A stretch of 63,570 bases of DNA, counting the filler, from Octopus bimaculoides (taxonomy: Eukaryota), in NCBI RefSeq assembly GCF_001194135.2. It is 6 parts of 6 records of this genome, joined end to end, with 100 filler letters (N's around TTAATTAATTAA, not from the genome) between each part and the next. Parts side by side here need not be neighbours in the genome. Positions count along the whole stretch, not along the records: positions 61,525 to 63,570 come from NC_068988.1; 5 more parts are not named here. One strand, written 5' to 3'. Each line of letters opens with the position of its first letter. Position 1 is the stretch's first letter. A program made the position numbers and the translations under genes. Positions 63,098 to 63,570 of this stretch are shown one piece after another. Below the pieces are notes generated by a model that ran no database searches, was not told the origin of the DNA, and worked only from the letters and a program-made list of their open reading frames with translations.

Positions 63098-63460
63098 ATA
63101 AAGAGAATAGAAAGTGTCAGATAACTGACTTTACAGTTATCTGTAAAACATCAATATGGGAGGTATAGAAAAAATAGCTAAGTACCAGGACCTGGCCCTT
63201 GAATTACAGCGACTATGGAAAGTGGGGGTAAAATGTATCCCTGTATTTACAGGTGCATTAGGAACTATCACTAAAGTTATGTACAGATGGATAAAGGAAA
63301 TAGGGATAAAACCCTGTTTAGTACAGCTGCAGCAAACAGTGTTATTAGGGACAGCTAGGATACCGAGGAGGGTTCTTGACACCTAAGGTTACTTGTCACT
63401 GTGTCGGTTGCCACCATCATTTCTATCAATCATTATTCGTTCCCTTTTTACCTTTTCGCT
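63097..63460 (+). mobile_element. R4/Dong-type 3' fragment directly after (GTA)n (63037-63096)
   Basis: (VVV)DKENRKCQITDF..EKIAKYQDLALELQRLWKV..CIPVFTGALGTI..LQQTVLLGTARIPRRVLDT*. Confidence 0.87.
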
Positions 63461-63513
63461 AAACATGCTTCAATTTCTTCTCCTTTTCCTTCTCTTCCCT
63501 CTCTCTCAACCTC

Positions 63514-63570
<57 letters not shown>

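Overview
This is AT-rich eukaryotic DNA, heavily gapped and dense in microsatellites. The repeat families are the ones I associate with octopus (coleoid cephalopod) genomes; that attribution is from recognition and is not verified. I can support no host protein-coding exon, and nearly all ORFs in the track come from microsatellites, N-runs or antisense transposon sequence. The window is a nested patchwork of: tRNA-derived SINE families; RTE-clade LINE remnants with (GAT)n tails; one CR1/L2-group LINE 3' end; five R4/Dong-type (restriction-like endonuclease) retrotransposon fragments; Tc1/mariner derivatives; and Penelope-like remnants. The most notable observations are: (1) two Penelope-like remnants whose complementary defects reconstruct a minimal hammerhead ribozyme; (2) two solo-LTR-like inserts sharing non-canonical TGT...ATA ends, each with an exact 4-bp TSD and NRF1-type promoter motifs; (3) a ~1.7 kb inverted duplication centred on a mariner end that also copies the host flank; (4) a solitary 5S rRNA copy that may head a composite retroposon; (5) a 28S rRNA fragment embedded antisense in an RTE tail; (6) two R4-type copies truncated at the same nuclease motif directly behind microsatellites; (7) a 24-bp perfect palindrome flanked by an 8-bp direct repeat; (8) a LINE and a SINE sharing a 3' tail; and (9) a visible CpG-depletion boundary near 27-31 kb. 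SINE-A, -B, -C and -E are my working labels.
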